Of a stretch of 64,000 bases of DNA, positions 27,532 through 38,600 are shown piece after piece. Position 1 is the first letter of the stretch; the number at the start of each line of letters is the position of its first letter. The notes beneath the pieces were generated by a model. That model ran no database searches and was not told where the DNA came from. It saw nothing but the letters and a program-made list of their open reading frames with translations. The position numbers and the translations under genes are program-made. This stretch comes from a virus. The stretch spans positions 1-64,000 of IMG/VR virus record IMGVR_UViG_3300023174_003154. One strand, given 5' to 3'.

Positions 27532-28371
27532 ATGGACAATAGAAAATTTGAACAACTTATTGATTTGATTATCAATGAGAACGAAGAACAAGCTAAAGCA
27601 TTGTTTCATGATATCGTAGTTGAAAAAAGCCGCGAAATCTATGAATCAATGATGGATGAAGAAAATTTAGAAGAATCTGAAGATGACGAATCTAAAGACG
27701 CAGATAAAGAACCTGTTGAAGAAGGTTTTGATGAAGTTGGCGGTATGCTAGACGAAATCGATGCTGAAGAACATGGTATGATGGAAGAAGAAGATGAATT
27801 TGCTGATATCGATGTTGATGCAGAAGATGACGGCGAAGCTCCAGAAGGTGACTTAGAAGACCGCGTAGTCGAACTAGAAGATAAACTAGACGAACTAATG
27901 GCTGAGTTTGAAGAACTAATGGCCGGTGAAGAAGGTGAAGAGCACATGGGCGGTGACGAAGAAGGTATGGGCGATGAAGAAGGCTCAGAAGATTTCGGCG
28001 GCGAAGAAGGTATGGATGACGAAGATGCAATGATGGAATCTACAAACCTAATCGCTGTTAAGAACCCAGTACATGGTGATAACGGTACAAACACAAAAAG
28101 CCCAGTAAGCAGTGGACCAAAAGTTCCTGGTAACGGTGCAAAAGCTGTTTCAATGGGCGGCGGTGAGTCAGGTGGTAAGGGTGGTACACAAGGTGGACTA
28201 TTAAACCCAGCTACTAAAGATGTTAAGGGTGCAGGATCATTTAAAAATGCTCCAGGACAAAAAGGTCAAGACTTGTCAGCAGCCCCAAAGCCAACACACG
28301 GTGACAACGGTGTAAACACTAAGTCAATCGTTGGTGAGTCTAAAAAGACTGTTAAGAAAATTGTTAAGTAA
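27532..28371 (+). CDS. Highly acidic prohead core/scaffold-like protein (gp67-like position)
   Basis: Glu/Asp-rich, strong AGGAG SD, upstream GCTAAGTA late-like motif (27491-27498), immediately before the gp21-like gene. Confidence 0.5.
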   Translation: MDNRKFEQLIDLIINENEEQAKALFHDIVVEKSREIYESMMDEENLEESEDDESKDADKEPVEEGFDEVGGMLDEIDAEEHGMMEEEDEFADIDVDAEDDGEAPEGDLEDRVVELEDKLDELMAEFEELMAGEEGEEHMGGDEEGMGDEEGSEDFGGEEGMDDEDAMMESTNLIAVKNPVHGDNGTNTKSPVSSGPKVPGNGAKAVSMGGGESGGKGGTQGGLLNPATKDVKGAGSFKNAPGQKGQDLSAAPKPTHGDNGVNTKSIVGESKKTVKKIVK

Positions 28372-28385
28372 GAATACCTAAGATA

Positions 28386-29030
28386 ATGGCTTTGTATCTT
28401 AAAGAACACCTAACTTTCGACCGTGCTAGCATGGTAGTAGAAAGTACCGGTGAAGGTAGTTTGAAGTCTCTTTATATGAAAGGGATCTTCATTCAGGGTG
28501 GGGTCAGAAACGCCAATGAGCGTGTCTACCCCGTGTCTGAAATTGAAACTGCTGTAGAAACTTTGAACAAACAAATTACTGAAGGGTATTCAGTTCTAGG
28601 TGAAGTAGATCACCCAGACGATTTGAAAATCAATTTAGACCGTGTATCACATATGATTAGTTCTATGTGGATGGATGGAGCAAATGGATTTGGCAAATTA
28701 AAGATTCTACCAACTCCAATGGGACAGTTAGTATCTACAATGTTGGAGAGTGGTGTTAAACTAGGCGTAAGTAGCAGAGGTAGCGGTAACGTTAATGATG
28801 CTAATGGCCATGTTAGTGACTTTGAAATAGTCACTGTCGATATTGTCGCACAACCAAGCGCACCTAATGCATATCCCAAAGCAATTTATGAAGGCATGAT
28901 GAACATGAAGCATGGACATAAAATGTTAGGTATTGCACAGGACGCCCAGAGTGACAAAAAAGTACAGAGATACCTGAAAGATGAAGTGGTTCGTCTTATC
29001 AAGGATCTCAAAATCAATAAAGGGGAATAA
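28386..29030 (+). CDS. Prohead core protease, T4 gp21-like
   Basis: GIFIQ..RNANERVYP, LGEVDHP, GVSSRGSG and DIVAQPSAPNA motifs. Confidence 0.93.
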   Translation: MALYLKEHLTFDRASMVVESTGEGSLKSLYMKGIFIQGGVRNANERVYPVSEIETAVETLNKQITEGYSVLGEVDHPDDLKINLDRVSHMISSMWMDGANGFGKLKILPTPMGQLVSTMLESGVKLGVSSRGSGNVNDANGHVSDFEIVTVDIVAQPSAPNAYPKAIYEGMMNMKHGHKMLGIAQDAQSDKKVQRYLKDEVVRLIKDLKINKGE

Positions 29031-29032
29031 GC

Positions 29033-30130
29033 ATGTTAGATGCTATCAAACCATTACTTGAATCTGGAATCATCAACGAAGAAACTAGCATCGCCATAAA
29101 CGAAGCATGGAAATCAAAGTTGAATGAAGCCAAAGAGCAAGTACGTGCAGAATTGAGAGAAGAATTTGCACAACGTTATGAACACGATAAGAACGTAATG
29201 GTCGAAGCCCTAGATAAAATGGTTACAGATGGTCTATCAGAAGAAATTTCCGAATTTCAACTAGAAAGACAAGCAATGAACGAAGACCGCGTTGCCGCTA
29301 AACGCAAGCTACATGAAAATGCAGCCAAGTTCAACAATTTCATGGTTACTAAACTATCCGAAGAAATCAAAGAACTACGCAGTGAGCGCAAACTACAAAT
29401 GGAAAGTCAGCAAAAGCTAGAACAGTTTATCGTTCATGCACTTGCACGTGAAATTAAAGAATTCGCACAAGACAAACAAGCAGTAGTTGAAGCAAAGGTT
29501 AAGTTAGTTGCAGAAGGTCGTAAACAACTTGAAGCATTGAAGGCGAAATTCGTCACAGAAAGTGCTAAGAGAATGAACGAATCTGTAAGCAAGCATCTAA
29601 AGGGTGAAATGAGCCAATTGAGAGAAGATATTAAGACCGCACGTGAAAACGATTTTGGTCGTAAGATTTTCGAATCTTTTGCAAGCGAATTCAGCACAAC
29701 CTATCTACAGGAAAAAGCTGAGACACGCAAGTTGTACAACCAACTAATGCAAAAAGATGCACAGTTAGCCGAATCCATTAAATCAGCCAAAGACGCACAG
29801 AAATTGGTTGAAAACAAAGAACGTGAAATTCGTATTATCAAAGAATCCACAAGCCGTCAAAAAACTATGGATGAATTGCTAGGAACTCTAAATGAGGAAA
29901 AAGCAACTATAATGCGTGATTTACTAGAGAGCGTCCAGACACCTCGTCTACAGGCCGCATTTGAAAAGTATCTACCAGCAGTTCTAAATAACATCAATGA
30001 AAGAAAAGAAAATAAAAAATCTGTTCTATCAGAAAGTGTTAAAGAAGTTACTGGTGATAAATCTGTTAAACAAGCTGAAGTTGAGCCGCGTGATAACGTG
30101 ATCGACCTAAGACGTTTGGCAGGGCTTTAA
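29033..30130 (+). CDS. Prohead scaffolding protein, gp22-like
   Basis: Coiled-coil, Glu/Lys-rich; lies between protease and major capsid genes. Confidence 0.8.
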   Translation: MLDAIKPLLESGIINEETSIAINEAWKSKLNEAKEQVRAELREEFAQRYEHDKNVMVEALDKMVTDGLSEEISEFQLERQAMNEDRVAAKRKLHENAAKFNNFMVTKLSEEIKELRSERKLQMESQQKLEQFIVHALAREIKEFAQDKQAVVEAKVKLVAEGRKQLEALKAKFVTESAKRMNESVSKHLKGEMSQLREDIKTARENDFGRKIFESFASEFSTTYLQEKAETRKLYNQLMQKDAQLAESIKSAKDAQKLVENKEREIRIIKESTSRQKTMDELLGTLNEEKATIMRDLLESVQTPRLQAAFEKYLPAVLNNINERKENKKSVLSESVKEVTGDKSVKQAEVEPRDNVIDLRRLAGL

Positions 30131-30162
30131 ATAAAAAAGACATAATTTAGGAGAATATAAAA

Positions 30163-31362
30163 ATGTCACAAGTTCTATTAGAAAGTCGTTGGGATGAGAC
30201 TAGAGAAGCCCTACTTGAAGGTCTTAAAGGTAATCGCCGCTCAACAATGGGTGTTATTTTAGAAAACACTCGCAAATCATTATTGTCTGAATCTTCAGCC
30301 GGTACAACAATGGCAGGTAATATCGCTACATTAAATCGTGTGATTCTACCAGTTATCCGTCGTGTAATGCCAACAGTTATCGCTAACGAGTTGGTCGGTG
30401 TTCAGCCAATGACAGGACCAGTTGGTCAAATTCATACTCTACGTGTTCGCTACGCAGAAACATTGAATGACACAAGCGGTGCAGGTACATCAACAATTGC
30501 TGGTGAAGAAGCACTAAGTCCATTCAAGATTGCTCAAGCATACTCTGCAGGTACAGGTACATCTAACCAGTCTAACTATACAGCTACTTCAACAGCAGCT
30601 TTAGAAGGTCAAGGCGGTCGTCAGATTTCCGTACAAATTCTACGTCAAGCTGTTGAAGCTAAGTCACGTAAATTGCAAGCACGTTGGACATTCGAGGCAG
30701 CACAAGATGCTCAGTCTCAACATGGTATTGACGTAGAAGCAGAAATCATGGCAGCTTTAGCACAAGAAATTACTGCTGAAATTGACCAAGAAATTCTATT
30801 GTCATTAAGCACATTAGCTACTTCAGAAGAAACATATAACCAAGCTACAGTATCTGGTACAGCTACATTCGTTGGTGACGAACATGCCGCATTGGCAGTT
30901 CTTATCAATCGTGTTGCTAACAAGATTGCTCAACGCACACGTCGTGGTGCTGGTAACTGGGCAGTTGTTTCTCCAGCAGCATTGACAGTTCTACAATCAG
31001 CTACAACATCAGCTTTTGCTCGTACAACAGAAGGTACATTCGAAGCACCTACAAACACTAAGTTTGTTGGTACATTGAACGGTGCTATGCGTGTATTCGT
31101 AAACAGCTATGCGGCTGATGACCAAGCTGTTCTAGTTGGTTACAAAGGTACAAGTGAAACAGATGCGGCAGCTTTCTATTGCCCATACATCCCATTGATG
31201 TCATCTGGTGTTGTTCTAGATCCAGCAACATTCGAACCAGTCGTATCATTCATGACACGTTATGGTTATATCGAATTGACAAACACTGCATCATCTTTTG
31301 GTAATGCGGCTGATTATGTTGGTGAAATCGATATCAACAGTACTACACTATCATTCTCTTAA
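30163..31362 (+). CDS. Major capsid protein, T4 gp23-like
   Basis: VGVQPMTGPVGQIHTLR, AKSRKLQARWTFEAAQD, RRGAGNW, FYCPYIPL, FEPVVSFMTRYG. Confidence 0.96.
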   Translation: MSQVLLESRWDETREALLEGLKGNRRSTMGVILENTRKSLLSESSAGTTMAGNIATLNRVILPVIRRVMPTVIANELVGVQPMTGPVGQIHTLRVRYAETLNDTSGAGTSTIAGEEALSPFKIAQAYSAGTGTSNQSNYTATSTAALEGQGGRQISVQILRQAVEAKSRKLQARWTFEAAQDAQSQHGIDVEAEIMAALAQEITAEIDQEILLSLSTLATSEETYNQATVSGTATFVGDEHAALAVLINRVANKIAQRTRRGAGNWAVVSPAALTVLQSATTSAFARTTEGTFEAPTNTKFVGTLNGAMRVFVNSYAADDQAVLVGYKGTSETDAAAFYCPYIPLMSSGVVLDPATFEPVVSFMTRYGYIELTNTASSFGNAADYVGEIDINSTTLSFS

Positions 31363-31396
31363 TCAGAGAGTAAATCTACCCAAGGGATGGGAAGGT

Positions 31397-31425
31397 AAAA
31401 AAAGGGCACTTAGGTGCCCTTTTTT
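31397..31425 (+). terminator. Rho-independent terminator after gp23 (potentially bidirectional)
   Basis: A7-GGGCAC-ttag-GTGCCC-T6. Confidence 0.85.
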
Positions 31426-31491
31426 GTTAGAGAGGCATAAATAATATTATGCATTCTCTATATGAAGTGCAACAATTTAAAGGAAATTATT

Positions 31492-31860
31492 ATGCCATTC
31501 GTAACACGTTCACATGGTGACTTAAAACCAGTAGCAAACTTTGACACACCAGACTATACAGTTGGTGCAGTTAACGCTGTAACATCAGCCGCAACAGTTC
31601 AACCACAAGGTCCAAAATTAGACTTTGCAACTATCACTAAAGGTAGTGGTGCATGGACAGCAACACAAGTAAAAACTATTGTTGATGTTATCCAACAAAA
31701 AGCAGTTGTTTATATCTATGAATATACAAACTCTTCACCAGACACATTAGCAGTTGCTTACTACCCAACAGGTGCATGGACAACTAGTGATTTAGATGAT
31801 GCAGTTACAGCCGCTACAGCCGCATGTACAGTTGCCGCAACAGCAACATTCACAGGTTAA
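31492..31860 (+). CDS. Small putative virion protein (capsid decoration candidate)
   Basis: Own late promoter (CATAAATA 31436-31443), AAGGA SD before ATG 31492 (better start than 31462) and own terminator; directly after gp23. Confidence 0.5.
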   Translation: MPFVTRSHGDLKPVANFDTPDYTVGAVNAVTSAATVQPQGPKLDFATITKGSGAWTATQVKTIVDVIQQKAVVYIYEYTNSSPDTLAVAYYPTGAWTTSDLDDAVTAATAACTVAATATFTG

Positions 31861-31880
31861 TCAGTAAACTGATTAAAAAT

Positions 31881-31907
31881 AAAGAGCACTTCGGTGCTCT
31901 TTTTTTT
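31881..31907 (+). terminator. Rho-independent terminator with cUUCGg loop
   Basis: AAAGAGCAC-TTCG-GTGCTC followed by T8. Confidence 0.9.
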
Positions 31908-31939
31908 GGATATAGTCATTATTAGTATCTCTCAATATT

Positions 31940-31947
31940 GATAAATA
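31940..31947 (+). promoter_or_regulatory. Late promoter opening the fibre gene cluster
   Basis: GATAAATA; further copies at 42656-42663, 47097-47104 (CATAAGTA) and 54186-54193. Confidence 0.6.
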
Positions 31948-31977
31948 AAGAATAAAATATTATTTGGAAGAATAAAC

Positions 31978-32676
31978 ATGTCAGATCCCTTTAATTCACC
32001 CGGCGGTTACACTGTAGGAATTCCACCTATTCAAGTAGTTGCAGCCAATGGTGCTATTACTTCAGATAAAGCAAATTTTGGTAACGTTGCAATGTCAGGT
32101 AATCTGGCTGTCTCAGGTGCAATTACTGCAACAAATTTTTATGGAAGTTTAGTCGGTAATATTAATGCTAATATTACTGTTTCAGGAAGTAATGGGGCTG
32201 TTCTTTTCAATGATAACGGTTTAGCTGTAGGTGCTGACGGTGTAGTCTATAATAAAGGAGATAAATCACTAACTGTAGAAAATGATTTATCGGCTACAAC
32301 ATTTACATTAGGTTTAGCACCTAGTCAATTTTATGAAATTTCATCTCAAATTGCAACTACCAGTAGTACATCTGCAAATCAAGTTTTACACAGAACATAT
32401 GCAAGTAGTGTGATTGCAGTAGATTATACTATCATTGCAACAAACACAGTTTTAAATTATCGGCAAGTAAGTAAATTAGATTCAGCTATTTTAGGTAGTA
32501 TAGTTGAATATGCTGAATTTGGAACTGTTGATTTACCACAGTCAAGTCCAGGAGTAGCAGATTTTAGAGTTAGTTTTGAATCCGGTGGTGGTGCAGGAAA
32601 TGTAGTTTTAACTGCAACACCTGTTGCATCAGACTTAACAGAATACAAAATTTTGATTACAAAATTTAAAGAATAA
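31978..32676 (+). CDS. Fibre-like structural protein
   Basis: N-terminal FNSPGGYTVG motif and C-terminal beta domain shared with 32689 and 40053. Confidence 0.55.
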   Translation: MSDPFNSPGGYTVGIPPIQVVAANGAITSDKANFGNVAMSGNLAVSGAITATNFYGSLVGNINANITVSGSNGAVLFNDNGLAVGADGVVYNKGDKSLTVENDLSATTFTLGLAPSQFYEISSQIATTSSTSANQVLHRTYASSVIAVDYTIIATNTVLNYRQVSKLDSAILGSIVEYAEFGTVDLPQSSPGVADFRVSFESGGGAGNVVLTATPVASDLTEYKILITKFKE

Positions 32677-32688
32677 GGATAACAAGAA

Positions 32689-35673
32689 ATGGCTATTCGC
32701 ACGTTTAACTCAGTTGGCGGCTTTTCAGTAGGGGAAATCCCAACCAGTGTCATATTACCCAACGGCGATGTAACTACTGGTAATGCAAGACTAACATCAA
32801 ATGTTATAGTTGGTAACATTATAACAGGTAGTGGTAATATTACTGTAGGTAACACTATACTTACTGGTAATCTAAGAACAGATAACTTACTATACGCTAA
32901 TGGTGTTACTTGGGATTTACAACAGGCTGCTGGAAGTAACAATCAAATTCAATATAACGTTGGTAATGATTTTGGTGCAAGTACTAACCTAGCATTTTAT
33001 CCTGCCAATGGACAATTTATTACATCAAACATCAATGTTTCTGGAAACATTGTTGCAGCCAACTTATTATCAAATACATTAACAAGTGGTAGACTTGTTA
33101 TATCTAATTCTAACCTACTAACTGATGCCCCTAATCTAAAATATGATACTGCTACTCAGAAATTAACAGCGGTAAATTTTGAAACATTAGGTGATACAGT
33201 TATCGGTGGTAACTTAACTGTTCAAGGTACATTAACAAGTTTAGAAACAACAAATACAACGATTGAAGATAATACAGTTTTACTTAACAAAGGTGAAACT
33301 GGATCGGGTGTTTCTAGTGGTACATCCGGTCTTGAAATTGACAGAGGAACAAGCAATAATACTACATTGCTTTGGACTGAATCTTCTAACGCATGGGTGT
33401 TTAAATACGGTAATGCAAATGCAAGTATAGTTGCCGGCAATGCATCATTATCCGGTGACGTTAGTATAGGCAATAGTCTATCCGTTACTGCTAATATTAA
33501 TGCTGGTAATGTTAGCGGTAATATTTATGGTAACATCTATGGTAATGTTAATGCTAACTTAACAGCACCAGGATCAAACACACAAATTCTTTTCAACGAT
33601 GCAACTGCCATTCAAGCCGCATCTGGTCTAACATATAATAAGACAAGCAATCTAGTAACTCTATCAGGTAATATCAGTGTAAGTAACGTTACTAGTGTAT
33701 CAAATATTGCGTTCTCTAATGGTGGCTATTTTAATCAATTGGGCAATGTTATCAGCATTGCTACATCAGGTACAACAAGCAAAGTTGAATTAAAAACAGT
33801 AGACGGTGCAAATACAACAACTGTTTCAGCTAATGCGAATGGTGTAACTTTTGTCGCTGGTACAGGGACATTAACATTCAGTACAAATGGCAATTTGATA
33901 ACATCAGGTAACATTTCTGCAAGTGCAGGATTAATTACCGGCAACTCATTATATATAAACACAACAGCTAATGTTCGCGGAGATACGACATTAGGTGGTA
34001 ATCTATCAGTATCTAGTCAAACTACAATTGGTGGTAATGTTACTATTGGTAACGTATCAGCCACTGCAAATGCAAACATCTCAGGTAACTTATATGTTGG
34101 TGTAGATGCAAACATTGTTGGTGCATTGACAATTGGTAATCTAAATGTTAGAAATTATGTCAACTCAAATCTAATTCCAGGAATAGCAGGTAACGGGGAT
34201 GCTAATACAGGTTATAGTTTAGGAACTCAAGTATTTCCTTGGAAAGACTTATGGTTATCAAGTAATGCTATTCATTTGGGAACAGCAAATATTAATGCTA
34301 ATAGTTCCGGAGTAGTATTCACATCTAATCAAGCAATCACACAAAACTTATACGCCGGTAACATTCAAACAAGTGGATATGTATTCATTGGTAATGCAAG
34401 TATCCCTGCTAACTTAGTAGCATACGGTACTGGTAACATTGCAAATACAACTGTTTCTACAAACACAACAACAGGTGCATTTATTGTAGCGGGTGGTGCT
34501 GGTGTTGGTGGAAATTTAAATGTAGGTGGCGCAGGTAGTATTTTAGGTAATTTACTTGTAGGAAATTCTACATCACCTAAGAGTGCAAATATTACACAAG
34601 ATATTACTATAGGAGGAGATGGCTCAGTTACAGGTAATTTTTCTATTTCAGGAAACTTACTAGTAACCGGTACAACCACTTATCTTAATGTTCAAAGTAT
34701 AGATTCAAAAGATTCTATCATATCTTTGGGTGGTAAAGGAAGTGCAACTAATTTAGATACTTCAACAACAAATGACAGTGGTTTATTCTTACGAAATTAT
34801 TACAGCGGTTCCCCATCTAATCAGTTTATGGGATGGTCAACATCTGGTAAAGAATTTCAATTACTATCATCAGCATCACTAACTAATGAGGTTGCAACAG
34901 GTACTTTTGCAAACTTACATATTGGTCTATTGAATAGTTCAAACATTTATGGTAGAATAGAAACATCTAGTCAGCCAAACGTCACTACAATGTCAGGTCT
35001 AACTGATATTGCTGTTTCTAATGTTGCTAATATTAATATTGCTACTATAGGTAATTTAATAGCAAGTGGATTGCGTTATCCATTAGCAGACGGAACAAAT
35101 GGTCAACTATTAACAACGTATGGTAATGGTACATTATATTTCTCATCAATTAGTCAAACTAGTATTTCAAATGGTTCTAGTAGCATAAATGTTGCACAAA
35201 ATTCAAACATATCATTTACAGCTAACGGAAATACTTCATTAGTAGTTACTAGTACTGGTGCAAATGTAATTGGTAATTTAAATGTTACTGGATCAGTAAC
35301 ATTAGGTAATATTTCAGTTGGTGAGATTTCTCCAACTACAATTAAAATTGGTAACTCATCAATTAGGTCAAGTACAGTTACTACAACATCTACTACACCG
35401 GGGCAAATACTTGCAGAAGTAAGTGCAACTGGAGTTCGTGGTATTGAATTCTTTATTAAAGGTGAAGATACTACTGGATTAAAATACTCTATTGCAACAG
35501 TGGCAGCAGTTCATAACGGTACTGATATTGCATATGATGTATACGGTACTGTTAATATAGGTGGTTACGTTGGGAAACTTAGTGCTAGTTATGCAGGTGG
35601 AAATGTTCAATTGATAGTAACACCTTCTAGTACTAATCCAACAGTTTGGACAACACAGTTTAAGACTATCTAA
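32689..35673 (+). CDS. Long fibre-like virion protein (Asn/Gly/Thr-rich beta repeats)
   Basis: GNxxVxGN repeats, AAGSNNQIQYN-type modules, PWKDLWLS motif, shared C-terminal domain. Confidence 0.65.
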   Translation: MAIRTFNSVGGFSVGEIPTSVILPNGDVTTGNARLTSNVIVGNIITGSGNITVGNTILTGNLRTDNLLYANGVTWDLQQAAGSNNQIQYNVGNDFGASTNLAFYPANGQFITSNINVSGNIVAANLLSNTLTSGRLVISNSNLLTDAPNLKYDTATQKLTAVNFETLGDTVIGGNLTVQGTLTSLETTNTTIEDNTVLLNKGETGSGVSSGTSGLEIDRGTSNNTTLLWTESSNAWVFKYGNANASIVAGNASLSGDVSIGNSLSVTANINAGNVSGNIYGNIYGNVNANLTAPGSNTQILFNDATAIQAASGLTYNKTSNLVTLSGNISVSNVTSVSNIAFSNGGYFNQLGNVISIATSGTTSKVELKTVDGANTTTVSANANGVTFVAGTGTLTFSTNGNLITSGNISASAGLITGNSLYINTTANVRGDTTLGGNLSVSSQTTIGGNVTIGNVSATANANISGNLYVGVDANIVGALTIGNLNVRNYVNSNLIPGIAGNGDANTGYSLGTQVFPWKDLWLSSNAIHLGTANINANSSGVVFTSNQAITQNLYAGNIQTSGYVFIGNASIPANLVAYGTGNIANTTVSTNTTTGAFIVAGGAGVGGNLNVGGAGSILGNLLVGNSTSPKSANITQDITIGGDGSVTGNFSISGNLLVTGTTTYLNVQSIDSKDSIISLGGKGSATNLDTSTTNDSGLFLRNYYSGSPSNQFMGWSTSGKEFQLLSSASLTNEVATGTFANLHIGLLNSSNIYGRIETSSQPNVTTMSGLTDIAVSNVANINIATIGNLIASGLRYPLADGTNGQLLTTYGNGTLYFSSISQTSISNGSSSINVAQNSNISFTANGNTSLVVTSTGANVIGNLNVTGSVTLGNISVGEISPTTIKIGNSSIRSSTVTTTSTTPGQILAEVSATGVRGIEFFIKGEDTTGLKYSIATVAAVHNGTDIAYDVYGTVNIGGYVGKLSASYAGGNVQLIVTPSSTNPTVWTTQFKTI

Positions 35674-35685
35674 TTGAGAGAATAA

Positions 35686-38600
35686 ATGGCATCAATACTT
35701 AAAAAATTCAACTCAATCGGCGGATTCTCGGTAGGTGATGAAACACCTATTGACGTAATTGACGCTAATGCTAATGTAACTGCTAATAACCTATCAGTAT
35801 CAGGTGATGCTTCTATCACAGGTAACTTAAGTGTTTTGGGTACTGTTTCATATATTGAAACCAGTACTACTTACATTACTGATCCTATAACAGAAACAGG
35901 TGGTGGACCAAACGGTAATGTATTAACTACTGATGACAATATGGATCGCGGTTCGTTGCTACATTACTATGATGGTAAAGCAATTGATGCGTTTATTGGT
36001 TGGGACAGCAGTAATTCAGAATTTACACTTGCTAGTAATGTATCAGTAAACAACAATGTTGTAACAGTTAATGACCTTGGTAATATAAGATTAGGTAACA
36101 TAATTGCTAGCAATGTCGATGTTACTGGATATGTTAATTCAAATTTGATTCCAGGTATTCCGGGTGATGGATTAACTCATGCTGGGTATGATTTAGGATC
36201 AGAAGCTAATCCTTGGAAAGACTTGTGGTTATCTGGTTTTAGTATTAAGTTAGGTAATACAACAATTACTTCAGGAGCCGCAAATTCTCTTAGTACAGCT
36301 AACGCAAATATTCCCGACACATTACTAGTAGGAAATATCAATGCAACTGGTTTTGCCAACATTACAGGTAACATCACTGGTGCAAATGCTAATCTTGGTA
36401 ACTTAGTAACAGCTAATTTTGTAAGTATTACTGCTAATCTAACATCCGGTAACGCAAGTTTAGGTAATTTAGCAACAGCTAACTACTTCAATATAACATC
36501 TAACTTAACATCTGGTAATGCGAGTTTAGGTAATTTAGCAACAGCAAACTATGTCAACGTTACTGCTAACATAACATCCGGCAATGCAAGTTTAGGTAAC
36601 TTAGCTACTGCAAATTACGTTAATGTTGCTAATAATTTAACAGTATCAGGTGATGCATCTATTGCAGGTAACTTGAATGTTATGGGTACAGTTTCTTATA
36701 TAGAGACTACTACAACTTATGTGACTGATCCGCTATTTGAATTAGGTGGTGGTGCAAACGGCAATGTTCTAACAAGCAATGACAGTATGGACCGTGGCAC
36801 TGTGTTGCATTATTACACAACTAAACCAGTAGATGCATTTATTGGATGGGATAATTCAAATGCTGAATTTGCTTTAGGAAGCAATGTAACAGTTGATTAT
36901 GCTAACAATATAGTAGGGTTCAATGAATTTGGTAATCTACGTGCAGGTAATATAACTACTCAAGGTGATATAACTACCTCAGGCAATATAACAATTACCG
37001 GTAATATTAATGTTACTGGTAGTATTAGTTCAGGCACCGGTGGTGCAGCCATCAACGGAAATTCGATACCATTAGGGTATCCAACTGACGGCAATCTCGT
37101 ATCCCCAGGAGCGCTAGCTATTTGGTCAAACACTACCACTGTAACTGATGCTATTGATGATTTAAATGAAGTAATGTTAAATGTTGTAAAAGGTACTTTT
37201 GTTGGAAATGTAGATTTTACAGCCAACATTGTAGCAGGGCCTAGTCCATTGGCTCTATCATTTAGTAGAACGTTTACTGGTACTGCTACTAATTATCTTT
37301 GGGATTTTGGTGATGGTACAACAAGCACAAGTTCAACACCCACAAAAACATATTCTAATGTATCAGGTGGTCAATTTACAGTTGCGTTAACTGTAAGTAA
37401 TTCCGGTGGTTCTGGGTCAGGAGCTAGCGATACTAAAACTAGAACAAATTATATTACTCTATATACACCAACCCCAATTGCAAGTTTTACTTTAGATAAA
37501 ACTACTATTGATACCGGTTCTGTTATAAGTTTAACAAATACAAGTCAGTACGCACAGAGTTATGTTATATACTGGGGTGATGGAACATCAGATACTATTG
37601 TTTCCAATAGTGTAGCCGGTGGTGTTGGAGGCGGGGCAAAAACACATACATATACTGTTACTGGATCAGCAGACACACGTTATCAACCCTATATTGTCGC
37701 AACCAGTACAACTGCAGGGGCTAGTCCAACAAGTGTAACTAGTTCTACACAGAATGTTTATGTTTACAAAACACATAGTCCGGCATTCACTTATAGTAGT
37801 ACAACAAGTTATGTTTCTCAACTTGAAGGTAATGACCAATATGACACCGTCGGTGGTCATGGATTTAATATAACTTTTACAAACACAACACCTGCAGGTG
37901 TTGGAGCTACAACTACATTCTCAGGTAACTATTATAAATGGACATGGGGTGATGGTACAACAACTTCAGTAAATGCAGGTTCTGGTAGTGCCGGAGATAG
38001 AAGTGTTGCTATTACTCATAAATTTAGTTTAACTAACGTTTTGGTAGGACAAACATTCACTGTAAAATTAGAAGTTTACAATGGATATTCAACTAGCCCA
38101 TTCAGTTCAAGCACAGTAACAGTAACAGTACATCCTGATCCACAAGCCATCTTTACTGGCAATTTAGTTACATTATCAGACAGAACAGGTGATACATCAC
38201 AAACTGGTTATTACTTTACTGATTTGAACGGAGTTGATAGGGCAATTGTAAGATTTACAAATAGCTCATTAAATGCCAATTCATACAAATGGACATGGGG
38301 CGATGGTAGTAATAGCGGAGTGATAACAACTGGTGCAGGAACTCCAGGATCTACTATAGACCATACATTTGCTAGTATTGGAAATTATACTGTTGCTTTG
38401 TTAGCAACAGGTACATATAGTGAATCTGCAAGTGATGATACAAATACAAAAACAAATTATATTTCGATTAATGCGGCTCCTACAGCACCAGCTGGATTAA
38501 GTTCTAAAACTTTGACTATGAGTACTTCTAGTGTTGGAACAAGTCCTTATTTGGCAGCACTCGCAACTGATAATTCTGGCGGTAATATACCGGCAGCAGG

